64,000 nucleotides of DNA from Octopus sinensis (Eukaryota): NCBI RefSeq assembly GCF_006345805.1, contig NC_043006.1, positions 23,436,001-23,500,000 on the forward strand, given 5' to 3'. The translations under genes were made by a program, and so were the position numbers. Under the pieces are notes generated by a model. That model saw only the letters and a list, made by a program, of their open reading frames with translations. It made no database searches and was not told the origin of the DNA. Below are positions 51,113-64,000 of this stretch, in pieces (within the stretch, counting starts at the first letter, position 1; each line of letters starts with the position of its first letter).

Positions 51113-51619
51113 GGTATATGCTGCGTGTATATATATATATGTAGGTATATGCTGCGTGTGTGTATATATATATTCATATATATATATTTACACACACACA
51201 CACATATATATATATATCTATATATATACATACATACATGTGTGTGTACGTATGTTTGTGTGTACATATGTATGTGTATGTATGTGTGTGTATGTATATA
51301 TATGTGTGTATGTATATATATATATTTTTTTACATATACATATATATATATATATAACATACATATGTGTGTACGTATGTTTATATGTATGTTTGTATGT
51401 GTGTGCGTATATATAAACATATGTATTGAGAGGGAGAGAGGGAGGGCACCAGTTCTCTAATCTTACTAGATTTGTTGTGTGCAGAAACAGCTCGGTTGCT
51501 TATTTGTCTGGGATTGGTCATTGATGTAGATATTGACACCCCAATAAGAGGAGAAAATCGATTGGAGCTCTTTATCATTTTTTCATCAACGGAGAAATAG
51601 TGCATGTCCACTACACACA

Positions 51620-52700
51620 CACGAGGAGAAGTAAAAAAATTGTCCGCACATTCTCCAAAGCTTTCTTTAAGTTGGCCGCACTGCCGCTAGCGCATGCACG
51701 TTGAAAGGTAAAGGTGATACCGTTAACCAACCGACGTTTAACCTTAATGGCTCCCGTCTTCTTTCTTGTGTTATAGAGTAAGGATGGCTGTTCTACTGGC
51801 TGTGTGCACCAAGGAAGGACAGAGGTTCGATTTCTCTGAATGTGTGCCAGGAGCTGAGATTCATCGCAGCGATCTACTACGTGGAGGTGCGTATGAGTGG
51901 ATCGAGAAGTTTAGAAAGCATGAAGCACGAAGTCAGAGCAAGGCGCCCATCAATCTCTTCTTGTGACATGAAGTTTTAACAAGCTTGAAAGATGGTTCTG
52001 GCGAACTGACGAGTGACCACCAATGAGGTGACATGTTCTCTGAAAATTAGTCGGGGTTCTCCATACGAAATTATCCGCAACAAGCTTCACTTCCGTAAAG
52101 TCTGTGCGAGTTAGGTGTCGAGAGAGCTTATCGAAGCAGATGAGCACTATCGTGTGATGTGTCAACGCTTACTCGACCGCAACAACGATGAGGGTGAAGC
52201 TTTTTTGGAGATGAGATCTGGGTCCATCACTTTGAGCCCAAACCCAAAAGGCAGAGTATGGAGTGGAAAAACCCGGAATAGCCGACGAAAAAGAAATCCA
52301 AGACTCAACCTTCAGCAACAAAAGGGATGCTAACCGTTTTGGGGGAGAGAAAAAGGCCTATATTGGAACATTACCGGGAAAAGGAGTCTACAGACACCAG
52401 CGTAGGCTGCAGTGAAATGTTGGCCAACAAACTGAAAACAGTAATTCGCACCAAAAGCCGAAGTTTGTTTTCAAAGCAGGTGTCATTGTTGAAGGACAAT
52501 GTACGCCCACATATGACCGACTTCACTGTTGAAATCATTGAATATTTGGGTTTCAAGTTGTTAGAACACCCAGCATACAGTCGAGCTCTCGTTCCTTCCG
52601 ACCATCACCACTCTGGACCGCTCAAACGTCTTTTACGAGGTCGGTGATTTGCTACGGACGAAGAAGCACAGGATGCGGTGCATATATGGCTGGCAAAAGC
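51620..52700 (+). mobile_element. Degenerate mariner (second family)
   Basis: MAVLLAVCTKEGQR..YEWIEKF; LLKDNVRPH; EHPAYSRALVPSD; 3' end truncated. Confidence 0.82.
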
Positions 52701-52749
52701 CTTGTGAGAGGATTTGGGAGACAGAAACGTTTATTATTTATATCTCTGT

Positions 52750-53190
52750 GAAGGCGGCGAGCTGACAGAATCGTTAGCACGCTGGACGAAATGCTAAGCG
52801 GTATTTCACCAGCCGCTACGTTCTGAGTTCAAATGTCGCCGAGGTCAACTTTGGCTTTCATCTCGGGGGTCGATGAAATAAGTACCAGTTACGCACTGGG
52901 GTCGATATAAACGACTAGCCCTCTTCCCCCAAAATTTTCATGGCCTTGTACCTAGAGTAGAAATAAATATTTATATCTATGTGAAGGGGGCGATCTGGCA
53001 GAATCGTTAGCACGCTGCACGAAATTCTTAGCGGTATTTCGCCCGTCGCTACGTTCTGAGTTCAAATTCGGCCGAGGTCGACTTTGCTTTTCATCCTTTC
53101 GTGGTCGATCAATTAAGTACTAGTCAGGTTTTGGGGTCGATGTAATCGACTTACCCCGCTCCACCAAAATTTCAGGCCTACAGTAGAAAG
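52750..53190 (+). mobile_element. Two tandem SINE family-1 copies
   Basis: Two complete heads and cores. Confidence 0.82.
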
Positions 53191-54499
53191 GATTATATAT
53201 ATCTATGTGTGCGTGTCTGTCTGTCTTTGTCCTTCACTACCGCTTGACAACCGGTGTATATACGTCTCCGTAACTTCGCAGTTCGGCAAAACAAACTGAA
53301 TAAGTACCAGGATTTTTTTTATAATTCTTCAAGGCAGTGCCCCAGCCTGGTCGCAGTCTAATGAATGAAACAAGTAACAGATAGAAGATAAAGTGTGTGA
53401 GCGTGTGTGCGTCCATCTGCCGGCGTCATTTTCCGTCACGACTCAATAACATGTGTAGGATCCTTTGTTTGCTGAACTTTGTTTGCTAAAAAGAATTGAT
53501 AGAATAAAGTACCGGGGCCGATTTGATCAGTAAAACACTTCAAGGTGGTGTGCAATGACTGAAGCTAGTGAACGACTAAAGCAGTAGAATGTTTACATAA
53601 TATGTAAATTGTGTCATGATTTACCCAAAGACTCTGAGCACTCACAGACGAAACTTGGAATAACAAGAGACTGACTCGACCAAAATAAGATATATTATTA
53701 ATCTCTACTCTCTACCATGGTATTGAGTACTGTTCTTTGTGGCAGTCAAATACGATAAATTACGTTAATGGTACGCGTGTCTGTGAAGTGGTCAGCCACT
53801 TGCACGTTAATTTCACGAGCAAACTGTTCCGTTGATCGGATCAACTGGAACGCTCGTCTTCGTAACCGACGGAGAGCCAGTCTTATATAAGCTTATAGGT
53901 ATGTGTGTATGTATTTATATATGCATGTACGTGTGTGTGTGTGTGTGTGTCGCCGGTTGAAATGCTTAGCGGTATTTCGTCTGCCGTTACGTTCTCAGTT
54001 CAAATTCCGCCGAGGTCGACTTTGCCTTTCATCCTTTCGGGGTCGATAAATAAAGTACCAGTTTCGCACTGGGGTCTATGTAATCGACTTAATCCCTTTG
54101 TCTGTCCTTGTTTGTCCCCTCTATGTTTAGCCCCTTGTGGGTAGTAAAGAAATGTGTGTGTGTGTGTGTGTAATATGTGAATAATGGAATTATTACGTTT
54201 ACACCGTTTACAATTGTTTTAAGAACGTGAGAATGACAAATCATATGACAAGCACGAATACAAGGATAAGAGTAATAATGCTGTCATATCGGTTATTATA
54301 CCATACATGGTATTACATAATGGCCGACTCCTTCCCCACGCTCAATTAGTCATAACGCTTGCGAATAAATAAATACAGTTACATCACGGATGACTTCTCT
54401 TGCATAAAGAAATCAGTTTGACGTGGCGGGACGGTGTCATTTGATTAAAAAAGGAGGAGTTAATATTTGAAGTGACGACGGGAAAGGAATGGATTGATT

Positions 54500-54708
54500 C
54501 TCTTTTACTCTTTTACTCGATTCGGTCATTTGACTGCGGCCATGCTGGATCCTCGCCTTTAGTCGAGCAAATCGCCCCCAGGACTTACTCTTTGTAAGCC
54601 TAGTACTTATTCTATCGGTCTCTTTTGCCGAACCGCTAGTTTACGGGGACGTAAACACACCAGCATCGGTTGTCAAGCGATGTTGAGGGGACAAACACAG
54701 ACACACAA

Positions 54709-54750
<42 letters not shown>

Positions 54751-54940
54751 CTATATCTATCTATCTATCTATATATATATATATATACATACATATATAC
54801 GACGGGCTTCTTTCAGTTCCCGTCTACCAAATCCACTCACAAGGCTTTGGTCAACCCGAGGCTATAGTTGAAGACACTTGCCCAAGATACCACGCAGTGG
54901 GACTGAACCTGGAACCATATGGTTGGTAAGCAAGCTACTT
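54500..54940 (-). mobile_element. SINE family 3 whose head is split by a 2-kb insertion (remainder at 57003-57035)
   Basis: Stops at aagcaagctactt and resumes after aagcaagttactt with accacacagtcactcct. Confidence 0.85.
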
Positions 54941-57002
54941 TATTTTATCGAGTTTGCCATAAAGGCAGTACATAGAGTAATGTAGCTTGCGGGCTGGGCA
55001 AGGACATTAATGAGGTGAATGATAATGATACAAGGATGATAAGAATTGGAGAAGACGAAAAACGCCCGCCGACTTTTGCTTCTCTAAAACATTGTTTTTA
55101 AAAAAATACTAAATGAGGTATTAAACCTCTTACAATTATATAACACATTTATGGACTAAAATGTCCATTACAATCAAAAATAATTACATCAATGCGTCTT
55201 TAATAAATTTTCTTGCCTCCTGCAGGCGTTCCAGCAGTCGCAAGTTGGGGTCCCTTACACGTGATCTATACACTTCCTTTGAGAAGGAGTCCATTATGTG
55301 ATAGAGGTTCCTTTCTTCCAGTACCCGAGCAGCCACCCGCGGAGGTCACTCTGGAATACAAGTCGAGTCTATTAGGTCCCGACTATCACAGGAACTTTCT
55401 ATATTGTTCTCTACGGCCCCTCCCCTGAGATAGAAGATCACATGTTCTTCAACATTTCCACTGGGAGGAGTCTTCTTCTCCCCCCCCCATTCCGGCGGCT
55501 CACGTTCCACCGAAGGGGTTTCGGAACATGACGCTGGTGCACCACCAACCGCCGGCGAGGCCCGTTTTTCTTTATTTTCTTTTTTCTTTTTTCACGGCGG
55601 GAGGGTAAGGTTCCTCCGGCTTGTCCGTAGATCCCTCCTTCCCTTCCGCCGCCTCGGGATCCATCAATGGGCAACCATTGTTGCCCACCTTCTTTCTTTT
55701 TGTTCCTCTTTTTCAAGGGGGTTGCCTTTCATCGACTTTCTCCCTCTCTCCCTTCAATGGAGGCGCAGGGTGCTCCGTTGGGGGAACAGGGATTTCTTCA
55801 TTGATTAACTGTCCCAGGACATTTGCCTGGTCCCGGCGACAGTTTTTCCTTATGTGGCCTGATTCTAGGCACAGGTGACACTTGGGGGGGAGCGTCCCTC
55901 AACCATCACCGGATTCCTGGAACCGGCCATTGTTAAAAAATCTGGTAAAAACAGATCTTTGGCTGATTGGGTCCATAGGGTCAAAATTGCTTTCGACCCC
56001 ACCCAATCAGCCACATGAAGCATTCTAACATTCAAGAGCCTGGCTCCGCTGCCACCCAGACCCCGACGGATAGTATCCTCTATCCACTCAGACTCTATCC
56101 CGGGTGGCATCCCACTCAACCAGGCTCTTGTCAATTTCCTCCCACGATATGTGGGGAGGAACAAAATCTTTTCCCCTTCCAAGGGCCGACTAGCGAACAT
56201 GCTAGCCTCTTTAGGGGTGTCAAACAGCAACCACACTGTTGCGAATTTGACACCCCTTGCAATGTACTTGATAGTTGGCAGGTACTCTGCCAACTCCTCA
56301 ATCTCGACCTGCGAGAATACAGTGATGGTGTCAAGGGACTTAGAGTACGTCCTTAACATCACCATTCTCTTGTTTCGGTCCTCTATCCACTGTTTGGGGG
56401 GCACAATTTCCCACTCCAACACAGTGGTTTTCTTTGTTGCCATGATTTTCAAACACGAAAAAAGGAAGAAGAGTTCAACAAAAGTTCAAATGTTCTAAAT
56501 AAAAATCTTGTAATAAACACAAAAAACAACGGAAAGATAGAGCAAAGAAAAAGAACGAAGGAAGACAGTTCAATCAACGGCAACACAATACCACAACTCC
56601 GGTACAGGTACTCCTGTTGCAAAAATAGTCCTTCCTGCCTTGGTACTCCTTGGTAATCCAGTGGGAATTCACAGACACGAAGACAATTTTCGTAAACAAA
56701 TTAATTTTTGCGGAATGGCTACGCCTCCTCAAAAACACAATTCTCACTGCAAAGTGAGTCTTTATGCACGACTACAGGGAGGCAAATGTCTGGGGCAGAG
56801 TGGAGACTGTTGTTCACCAAAAACATATTGAATGCAGGGCAACAAACTCCACTAAGCCCTAAAAAAATACAACAAACGCCTACCTGTAGTCGAGCCTCAA
56901 AGTTCAATATTTCACAAAGGACGGCTTTATTCAGTGCACAACACAATGGCACATGCACACACCGACAACAAAGAATCATGGGAAGTCTCAAAGCCTCATG
57001 GG
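54941..57002 (-). mobile_element. ORF1/gag-only non-autonomous retroelement (HAL1-like)
   Basis: 13-bp TSD (12/13 match); 195-aa ORF 55865-56452 continuing by frameshift into CHLCLESGHIRKNC; A-rich 3' end; no endonuclease or RT seen. Confidence 0.72.
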
Positions 57003-57223
57003 AAGCAAGTTACTTACCACACAGTCACTCCTACGATAGTTGAATCAAATTTCTTGGCAGTATAGGGGCAGGAGTGGCTGTGTGGCAAGATTGCTTCCTA
57101 ATCATATGGTTCCGGGTTCAGTCCCACTACGTGACACCTTGGGCAAGTGTCTTCTACTTGTGAGGGAATTTAGTAAACGGAAACTATAGGAAGCCTGTCG
57201 TACACACACACAATATGTATATA

Positions 57224-57286
<63 letters not shown>

Positions 57287-57664
57287 GATGAATAGATGTC
57301 TGTTCGTCTTCGCTAGGTAAGGTGGTGGTTTATTTATGATGTGTTCAGAATCAGTTCTGCTGAGGATCATAAGACGTAAGTTAAATGTGAAATCACGGTG
57401 ATACAGAACTAAATTCATTTTTTAAATGTTTGCTTTGAAGAACTGCATTTAGATATGATTAGTGTAATTTGGTAGTAATGACTTTGTCCCTCTTAGTATG
57501 AGGCATTTATGTGTAATAATGCCCTCTATACAATATAGATATAATTAAATTGTTCAAAAGAAAAAAATTATTTTCGAATTCCTTTCTTTTATGAGGTTTT
57601 CACGCTAACTACCTGATAATTTCTTGTTAAGATTCCTTATTAAGAAGTTATCCTTAATTGTTAA

Positions 57665-57706
<42 letters not shown>

Positions 57707-57709
57707 TGA

Positions 57710-58046
57710 TGAAGACGCATGGCTCAGTGGTTAGAGCATCGAGCTTACGATCGTGAGATTGTGAGCTCGAATCCCGGACCGGGCTGCGTGTTGTGTTCTT
57801 GAGCAAGACACTTCATTTCACGTTGCTCCTGTTCACTCAGCTGTAGAAATGAGTTGCGACGTCACAGGTGCCAAGCTGTATCGGCCGTTGTATTTCCCTT
57901 GGATAACACTAATGGCGTGGAGAGGGGAGGCCGGTATGTATGGGCGACTACTGGTCTTCCATAAACCACCTTGCCCGGACTTGTGCCTGGGAAGGTAACT
58001 TTCTAGGTGCAATCCCATGGTCTGTGTCGTGACCGAAGGGGGTCTC
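57710..58046 (+). mobile_element. SINE family 2
   Basis: Full head, CORE-like segment and tail. Confidence 0.85.
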
Positions 58047-58712
58047 AGAATATATATCGTATGCATGCACACACACACACACATATATAACGTAATTTAG
58101 ATTCAGTTGAATCAGGTACTTAAATTGAGGCACCGTGTTTGGACGAACTAATGTGCACACTCAGACATTATTAGGTGTATATCAAACTCTACATAGAATT
58201 TTTTCCACCCGATATTCATGCAGTGTATGTAGATGGTACGTTCCAACTTAGTGAATAAATCCGCTCTTGTTTGTTCAGGCGTGTACTTTATATAATGATA
58301 CATTCCAAATACTTCCGAAATAGATTCCAGAGTAGGTGAGTAAAATATGAGTAACAAAGATGTATACGTATCAATTCCTTACAGCCGTTTCGAGCGACTC
58401 CTTTAATTGCTCAATGAAAGCATTACATCATTACAAAGAAACCGTTCTCATCAGACGACCGCACAGACTTAATACATAAAGGACAAGTTAGATATTTAAA
58501 GCTATTTATATCGTCAATAGAGAGCAAATATTTACAATGATTCCGCAGTAAATATTTTGGCAGAATGAAAAAAGAAAAAGGACAGCATAGAGGCAAACTA
58601 GAAATTAGCATTGGCTAGAGTGGAGGTGGAGAAGGATAAATGAGAGTAGTGTCCTTTATGTGGGAAAGACAAAAGTACATATGATAATACAAGTCTCAAG
58701 GTTGTACTAGAG

Positions 58713-58791
58713 TAGTGGTTCCCAACCTTTTCACTACCAAGGACCCCTTTTATTTAAATAAGTTCTCTCACGAATTCCTTATTCTTATGTA

Positions 58792-58889
<98 letters not shown>

Positions 58890-59152
58890 ATCTCTCCATA
58901 TCGCGGACTCCTCAGTATATCGCGTGTTCCAGCGGTCGATGGGTATTTATATTTTTTTAGATTTTAATTATTTCTGTTGGAGGTTTTGGAATGTAACACT
59001 CGCGAGAGTCGCGGGATATTACTGTATATAAAATTCTGAATTTAGTTCACAGAACCCCCCCCCCCCCAGTATTGCCTCAGCAGACCACCGGGGTTCCGCG
59101 GACCGCAGGCTGGGAGCCTGGGGTTCCGCGGATCACACGCTGGGAGCCACTG
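58713..59152. mobile_element. hAT/Charlie-like MITE
   Basis: TIRs tagtggttcccaacc and gctgggagccactg; 8-bp TSD tactagag/tacttgag. Confidence 0.8.
58885..59024. mobile_element. Tigger/pogo-like MITE nested in the hAT MITE
   Basis: agtaatctctccatatcgcg ... cgcgggatattactg, flanked by TA. Confidence 0.6.
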
Positions 59153-59454
59153 TACTTGAGCAACTATAACCAGGATGGCTAAAACAAACTACAAAACACA
59201 CACAAATAGATTTGTTATCATGTATCTATGGACAGTTTACAAATATTCCTCTGCTCATGTTTATATGCCGTGTGCGTTTGCACGCACCGTTATTCAAATT
59301 ACCATGCCATGTTTAACAGGCATGAAATGCTGTCTTCCTTTCGAAAGTCATTAGCAACGACATGCAACACTCATAACGAACTGTATTTTTCCGGTCCATC
59401 TACAAACATAACGTTGTGATAAAGCCACCTCAAGCGCCCTCTATTAATTATTTC

Positions 59455-59650
59455 ACCTTCTTCTTCTTCTTTCGTTCTTCTTCTTCTTCTTCTTCTTCTT
59501 CTTCTTCTTCTTTTTCCTCTTCTTCGTTCTTCTTCTTCTTTCTTCTTCTTCTTCTTCTTCTTCTTCTTCTTCGTCTTCTTCTTCCTCTTTTCTGTCTATC
59601 TATCTATCTATATATCTATCTATCTATCTATATATATATATATCTATCTG

Positions 59651-59700
<50 letters not shown>

Positions 59701-59705
59701 AATCA

Positions 59706-59745
<40 letters not shown>

Positions 59746-59766
59746 GTCTTTCTGTCTATCTGTCTG

Positions 59767-59840
<74 letters not shown>

Positions 59841-59953
59841 CCTCTCTATCTCTATGCTTCTTTGTGTCTATCTGTTTTCCTTTCATTGCTTCCAAACACA
59901 ATACACGCAGACATATTGATATACAGACATATCAATGTACAGACTCCTCTCAT

Positions 59954-59985
<32 letters not shown>

Positions 59986-60365
59986 ATTCTCTTTCTTTCT
60001 TCTTTTCCCTTTTACTCTCTCTCTTTCCATCTATCTATTTCGTTCAGACATGTGTACCCACATGCATACATACATACATACCGTACATACACCCACTCAC
60101 ACACACATGCACACGCATATATACATACACACACACGCATACATACATACATGCATACACATACAAGCATACATACATTACATACACACACATACATACA
60201 TAAACACATACACACATAATACACACACCTGCATACATACATACACACATACATACATACATACATACATACATGCATACATGCATACATACATACATAC
60301 ATACATACATACATACATACATACATACATACATACATACATACATACATACATGCATACATGCA

Positions 60366-60398
<33 letters not shown>

Positions 60399-60512
60399 GC
60401 ATACACAGATATTGATATACACACATCACTGAGTCTGTTAATTTGTTTTTCTCATTTTTTTCTCTTATTTCTGAGTCACTGAACAAACTCTAAAGGTAAC
60501 ATCACATAATTG

Positions 60513-60554
<42 letters not shown>

Positions 60555-60580
60555 ACACACAACACACACACACACACACA
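59455..60580. repeat. Compound microsatellites (TTC, TCTA, CT, TACA, CA)
   Basis: Direct repeats. Confidence 0.95.
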
Positions 60581-60752
60581 CATAATATATATGTATACAT
60601 ATATAATGTCAACAATTAGAGTAGATAAGCCGGCAACAGCATGCTAAAGCTTCATTCTGTAGCGAATTGACACAGCTGGATGAGTATATATACAACGATA
60701 TATATATATATACATATATATTCATGTATAAATATATTATATATATATATAG

Positions 60753-60784
<32 letters not shown>

Positions 60785-60802
60785 AATAATATATATAATA
60801 TA

Positions 60803-60834
<32 letters not shown>

Positions 60835-61334
60835 AGTAGTAGTAGTAGTAGTAGTGTGTGTGTGTTTGTATAGTAGTAATAGTAGTAGTAGTAGTAGTAG
60901 TAGTAGTGTTAGTAGTAGTAGTAGAAAGACAGGTAAACACAAGTAGACTTATTGACATGGAATACTAAATACAGAATACGGAAAAAGTAGATAAACGAAA
61001 CGAAAGAAGTTGTGTAATAGTCTTATCTTGGCAGCTGTTTCAGGAGCACCATGGCTTATGCCGTAACTATGTTCATACATAATGTGTATGTATGAATGTA
61101 TGTATGTATGTATGTATGTATGTATGTATGTATGTATGTATGTATGTATGTATGTATGTAGGTTGGTAGGTAGGTAGGTAAGGTAGGTAGGTAGGTAGGT
61201 ATGAAAGTATGTATGTATGTATGTAGGTATGTATGTATGTATGTATGTATGTAGGTAGGTAGGTATGTAGGTAGGTAGGTAGGAAGTAGGTAGGTAGGTA
61301 GGTAGGTAGGTAGGTAGGTAGGTAGGTAGGTACT

Positions 61335-62960
61335 GGTACGCTGACCCAGCCAGCATTGTGGTAAAACAATGCCAGGAAATTGGTCTCAGTGATCTGCGGA
61401 TCAATCGGATCGCTCTAGTATGGCGAGGCAAAATCCAAGTAACCAGAAGCTACCGAGAGTCTCAGGTGCCCGTAGTCCGCCCGAGTATCGGATAACAAAC
61501 TTTGCCATATGACCCTACTACTGCCAGTCTTTGAAGAGGAGAACCGGAAATGCCCGTCTAATGGGGGAGAAAAAGAAGGGCTCTGTGTAACAGGTCGAAG
61601 GAAATAAATAAATACGAGATGGACGGATGGAAGCGTCGTGAGAATAACATAAGGTGGAAAAGCGGCAGGCGATATAGGGTTCGTCGCAAGCAGAGAGTGG
61701 ACTTCGAAAATTGTTTCATCTTCATCATGCATTGGAGTAATAAACGTTTCTTCTGACTAGAAACGCCAGCCTCAAGATTTCCGAGACCTATGCTCCAATA
61801 AGTGCTGGAAAATATGAGGAAGTTGAAGAATTCTTTCAAGAACTAGAGAAAGCGCTGGCTCAGAAATCCACTTCCACCGTAGTGATTGATCGGGGATTTC
61901 AATGCAAAGGTCAAAAAGGACGGCAAGGGGAGAAATACGTTGGAAGGTTTGGATTAACTGATGGAAATGAAAGATGGGAACGTTTGGTTATCATGGCAGA
62001 AGCAAAATGGCTTTATATTGAGAGCAGCCTATTGAGGAAGCAATCTGGAAGGACATGGATTTAGATGGTCCCAAACGCCCGAAAATGAAATGGACTACAT
62101 CCTGATGGGAAAATATGGAACTACAAGCACGCGGGGACCTGGAGGAAAGAACTCGGAAAAGGAAATTTCCAAGAGTCAGAAAACTAAGAAGAGGAACGTG
62201 AAAGAACACTTTGAGTATTCTACTATTTGCGAAGACATCTGGAAAAAAACTTCGAGAATTGTAGATATAAGAATCTCATACAGGTTGCAGAGGAAAGGAA
62301 AAGTGTAAAAAGATGCGAGGGAGAGGCTGCTGCCCTGTAGGTCAGAGGTGACAGTGTTTAATAACAAGGATAAGCTGACGGTGATATATAATCCTTTCTA
62401 CTATCGACACAAGACTTGGATTTTGTGGGGGTGAGGACAGTCGATCACATCGATCCCATTACTCAACTAGTACTTGATTTATCGCCCCCGAAAAGATGAA
62501 AGGCAAAGTCGACCTCGGCGGAATTTGAACTCTGAACGTAACGGCAGACGAAATACCGCTAAGCATTTCGCCCGGCGTGCTAACATTTCTAGCAGCTCAC
62601 CACTTTGACGGCGATAGATAGTGGGGAGATGAAATCGAGGAAGTAAAAGAGCACGTCTACCTGGATCACACAGTAAATATGCACCAAGACGTGGGTGCCG
62701 AACTCTGGAGGAGAATAAGAATAGGTTGGAAGGCGCTTGACCTCAATAAAAGATGCGCACAAATCAAAGCTGGACAAAAGCCCAAGTGCCAATCGCTTCA
62801 ATAGGACGCAAAGGCTCATGGGAAGATCAAAACAAGAAATATTATTGCAAGAACAACTCCGAAACGAAGTCATTCGAGAACGAAACGAAATGAACAACAT
62901 GATTGCAGAATACCCAAAGCACAAATTCCGGTGGGTTCAACAGGTATTTATCTTATCGAG
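61335..62960 (+). mobile_element. Degenerate RTE-clade LINE (APE endonuclease plus post-RT region, large internal deletion)
   Basis: YAPISA..EEFFQELE..(I)GDFNAKV..GRFGL..GNER..NEMDYILM; later EIEEVKEHVYL..RRIRIGWKA; interrupted by a family-1 SINE (-) at about 62425-62600. Confidence 0.8.
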
Positions 62961-63680
62961 CCAGAAGGATAAAATGCTAAGCCAACCTCGACAGGTTACG
63001 TATTCAGAATGTGAAGAGCTGAAACAAACACGACCAAGCTCGAACGATTCTGTCAATCTCTCGCCTGGGTTTGTTCTGCAATTAAAAGATAATTTTATTT
63101 TAAGTGTGACCTTCTGAGGTATTTATGTGGATTATGTTTCTGCTTTTGTATCATGTATGTGAGGTGTAGTGGGGTGTACGTTTGATGATGACAGGCTAAA
63201 GGGAGGGATGGGAAGAGAGAGAAGGAGACAGAGAGAGGTGGAGAAGGAATAAGAACAGACGACGTAAAAATTTATGTCGTCTGACACGTCATTAGGGAGG
63301 AAATGTCTCTGGGGATGTGAAATTAAAACCCCTACACGTGTACCACTCTGAAAATATAAAGGCTTTCAAGGGTCACACGGTTTCATTTCGTGTTCAAATA
63401 AGGCATAGACCACCAAGAGTCTTCTAAAAGAATGGGTTACAGACGATTTATGTTAGTGTATGCGTGTGCGTTGCGTACGCGTGTGTGAATGTGCGTTTGG
63501 TGTGTGTGTGTGTGTGTGTGTGTAAGAGGGTGTGAAAGGCAAAGTCGATCTCGGCAGAATTTGAACTCAGAACCTAGCGGCAGACGAAATACTGCGAAGC
63601 ATTTCACCCGGTGTGCTAACGTTTCTGCCTGCGCGTTGCCATACTTATACGGTATATTATATTACGTTCATGTATGTGCG

Positions 63681-63731
<51 letters not shown>

Positions 63732-63814
63732 TGAGTGTACGTGTTTGTATGTATGGGTGTGAGCTTGTATGCGTGTTTATGTGTGTGCGTGTGTGTGTAA
63801 GTATTTGAACATGT

Positions 63815-63975
63815 ATTTCCCTTGGATAACATTGGCGACGTGGAGAGGAGGAGGCTGGTATGCATGGGTGACTGCTGGTCTTCCATAGACAGCTTTGCAC
63901 AGACTTGTGTTTCAAGGGGGAACTTTCTAGATGCAATCCCATATATGGTCATTGATAACCGAAAGACTGTCTTTA
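63815..63975 (+). mobile_element. SINE family 2, 3' part
   Basis: ggtatgcatgggtgactgctggtcttcc..gggaactttctagatgcaatccc. Confidence 0.78.
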
Positions 63976-64000
63976 ACTCTTTACATATATATATATATAT

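Noticed and set aside
58279-58335. Candidate 57-nt plus-strand exon (RVLYIMIHSKYFRNRFQS)
   Set aside because: Good splice sites, but the peptide is unrecognised and the site adjoins probable Penelope-derived sequence.
61335-61385. HDV-like ribozyme at the RTE 5' end
   Set aside because: Only one hairpin (gcattg/caatgc) remains; upstream is (TAGG)n.

Overview
AT-rich, repeat-dense animal genomic DNA. The SINE families and microsatellite load look like an Octopus genome (recognition, not a database result). There is one 100-N gap at 47515-47614. The only host gene I can support is the terminal coding exon of F-actin capping protein beta (CAPZB-like) at 12372-12539 on the minus strand, which the ORF track misses. 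I found no upstream CAPZB exon in the following ~51 kb. The rest is a transposon graveyard: three tRNA-type SINE families, Helitrons (two ~300-bp copies and a PIF1-helicase-bearing relative), Merlin, maT, two mariners, hAT and Tigger MITEs, CR1 and RTE LINEs, and a cluster of R4/Dong-like LINEs in (TAA)n tracts. An 11-kb SINE-free patchwork of five tandem-repeat families lies at 15.3-26.5 kb. The most notable observations are a near-canonical type I hammerhead ribozyme (32832-32912, minus) inside a structured ~240-nt element, a TSD-flanked 2.06-kb ORF1-only (HAL1-like) retroelement, and a ~555-bp element that co-occurs with the Dong LINEs. Most repeat boundaries were read by eye and are approximate.
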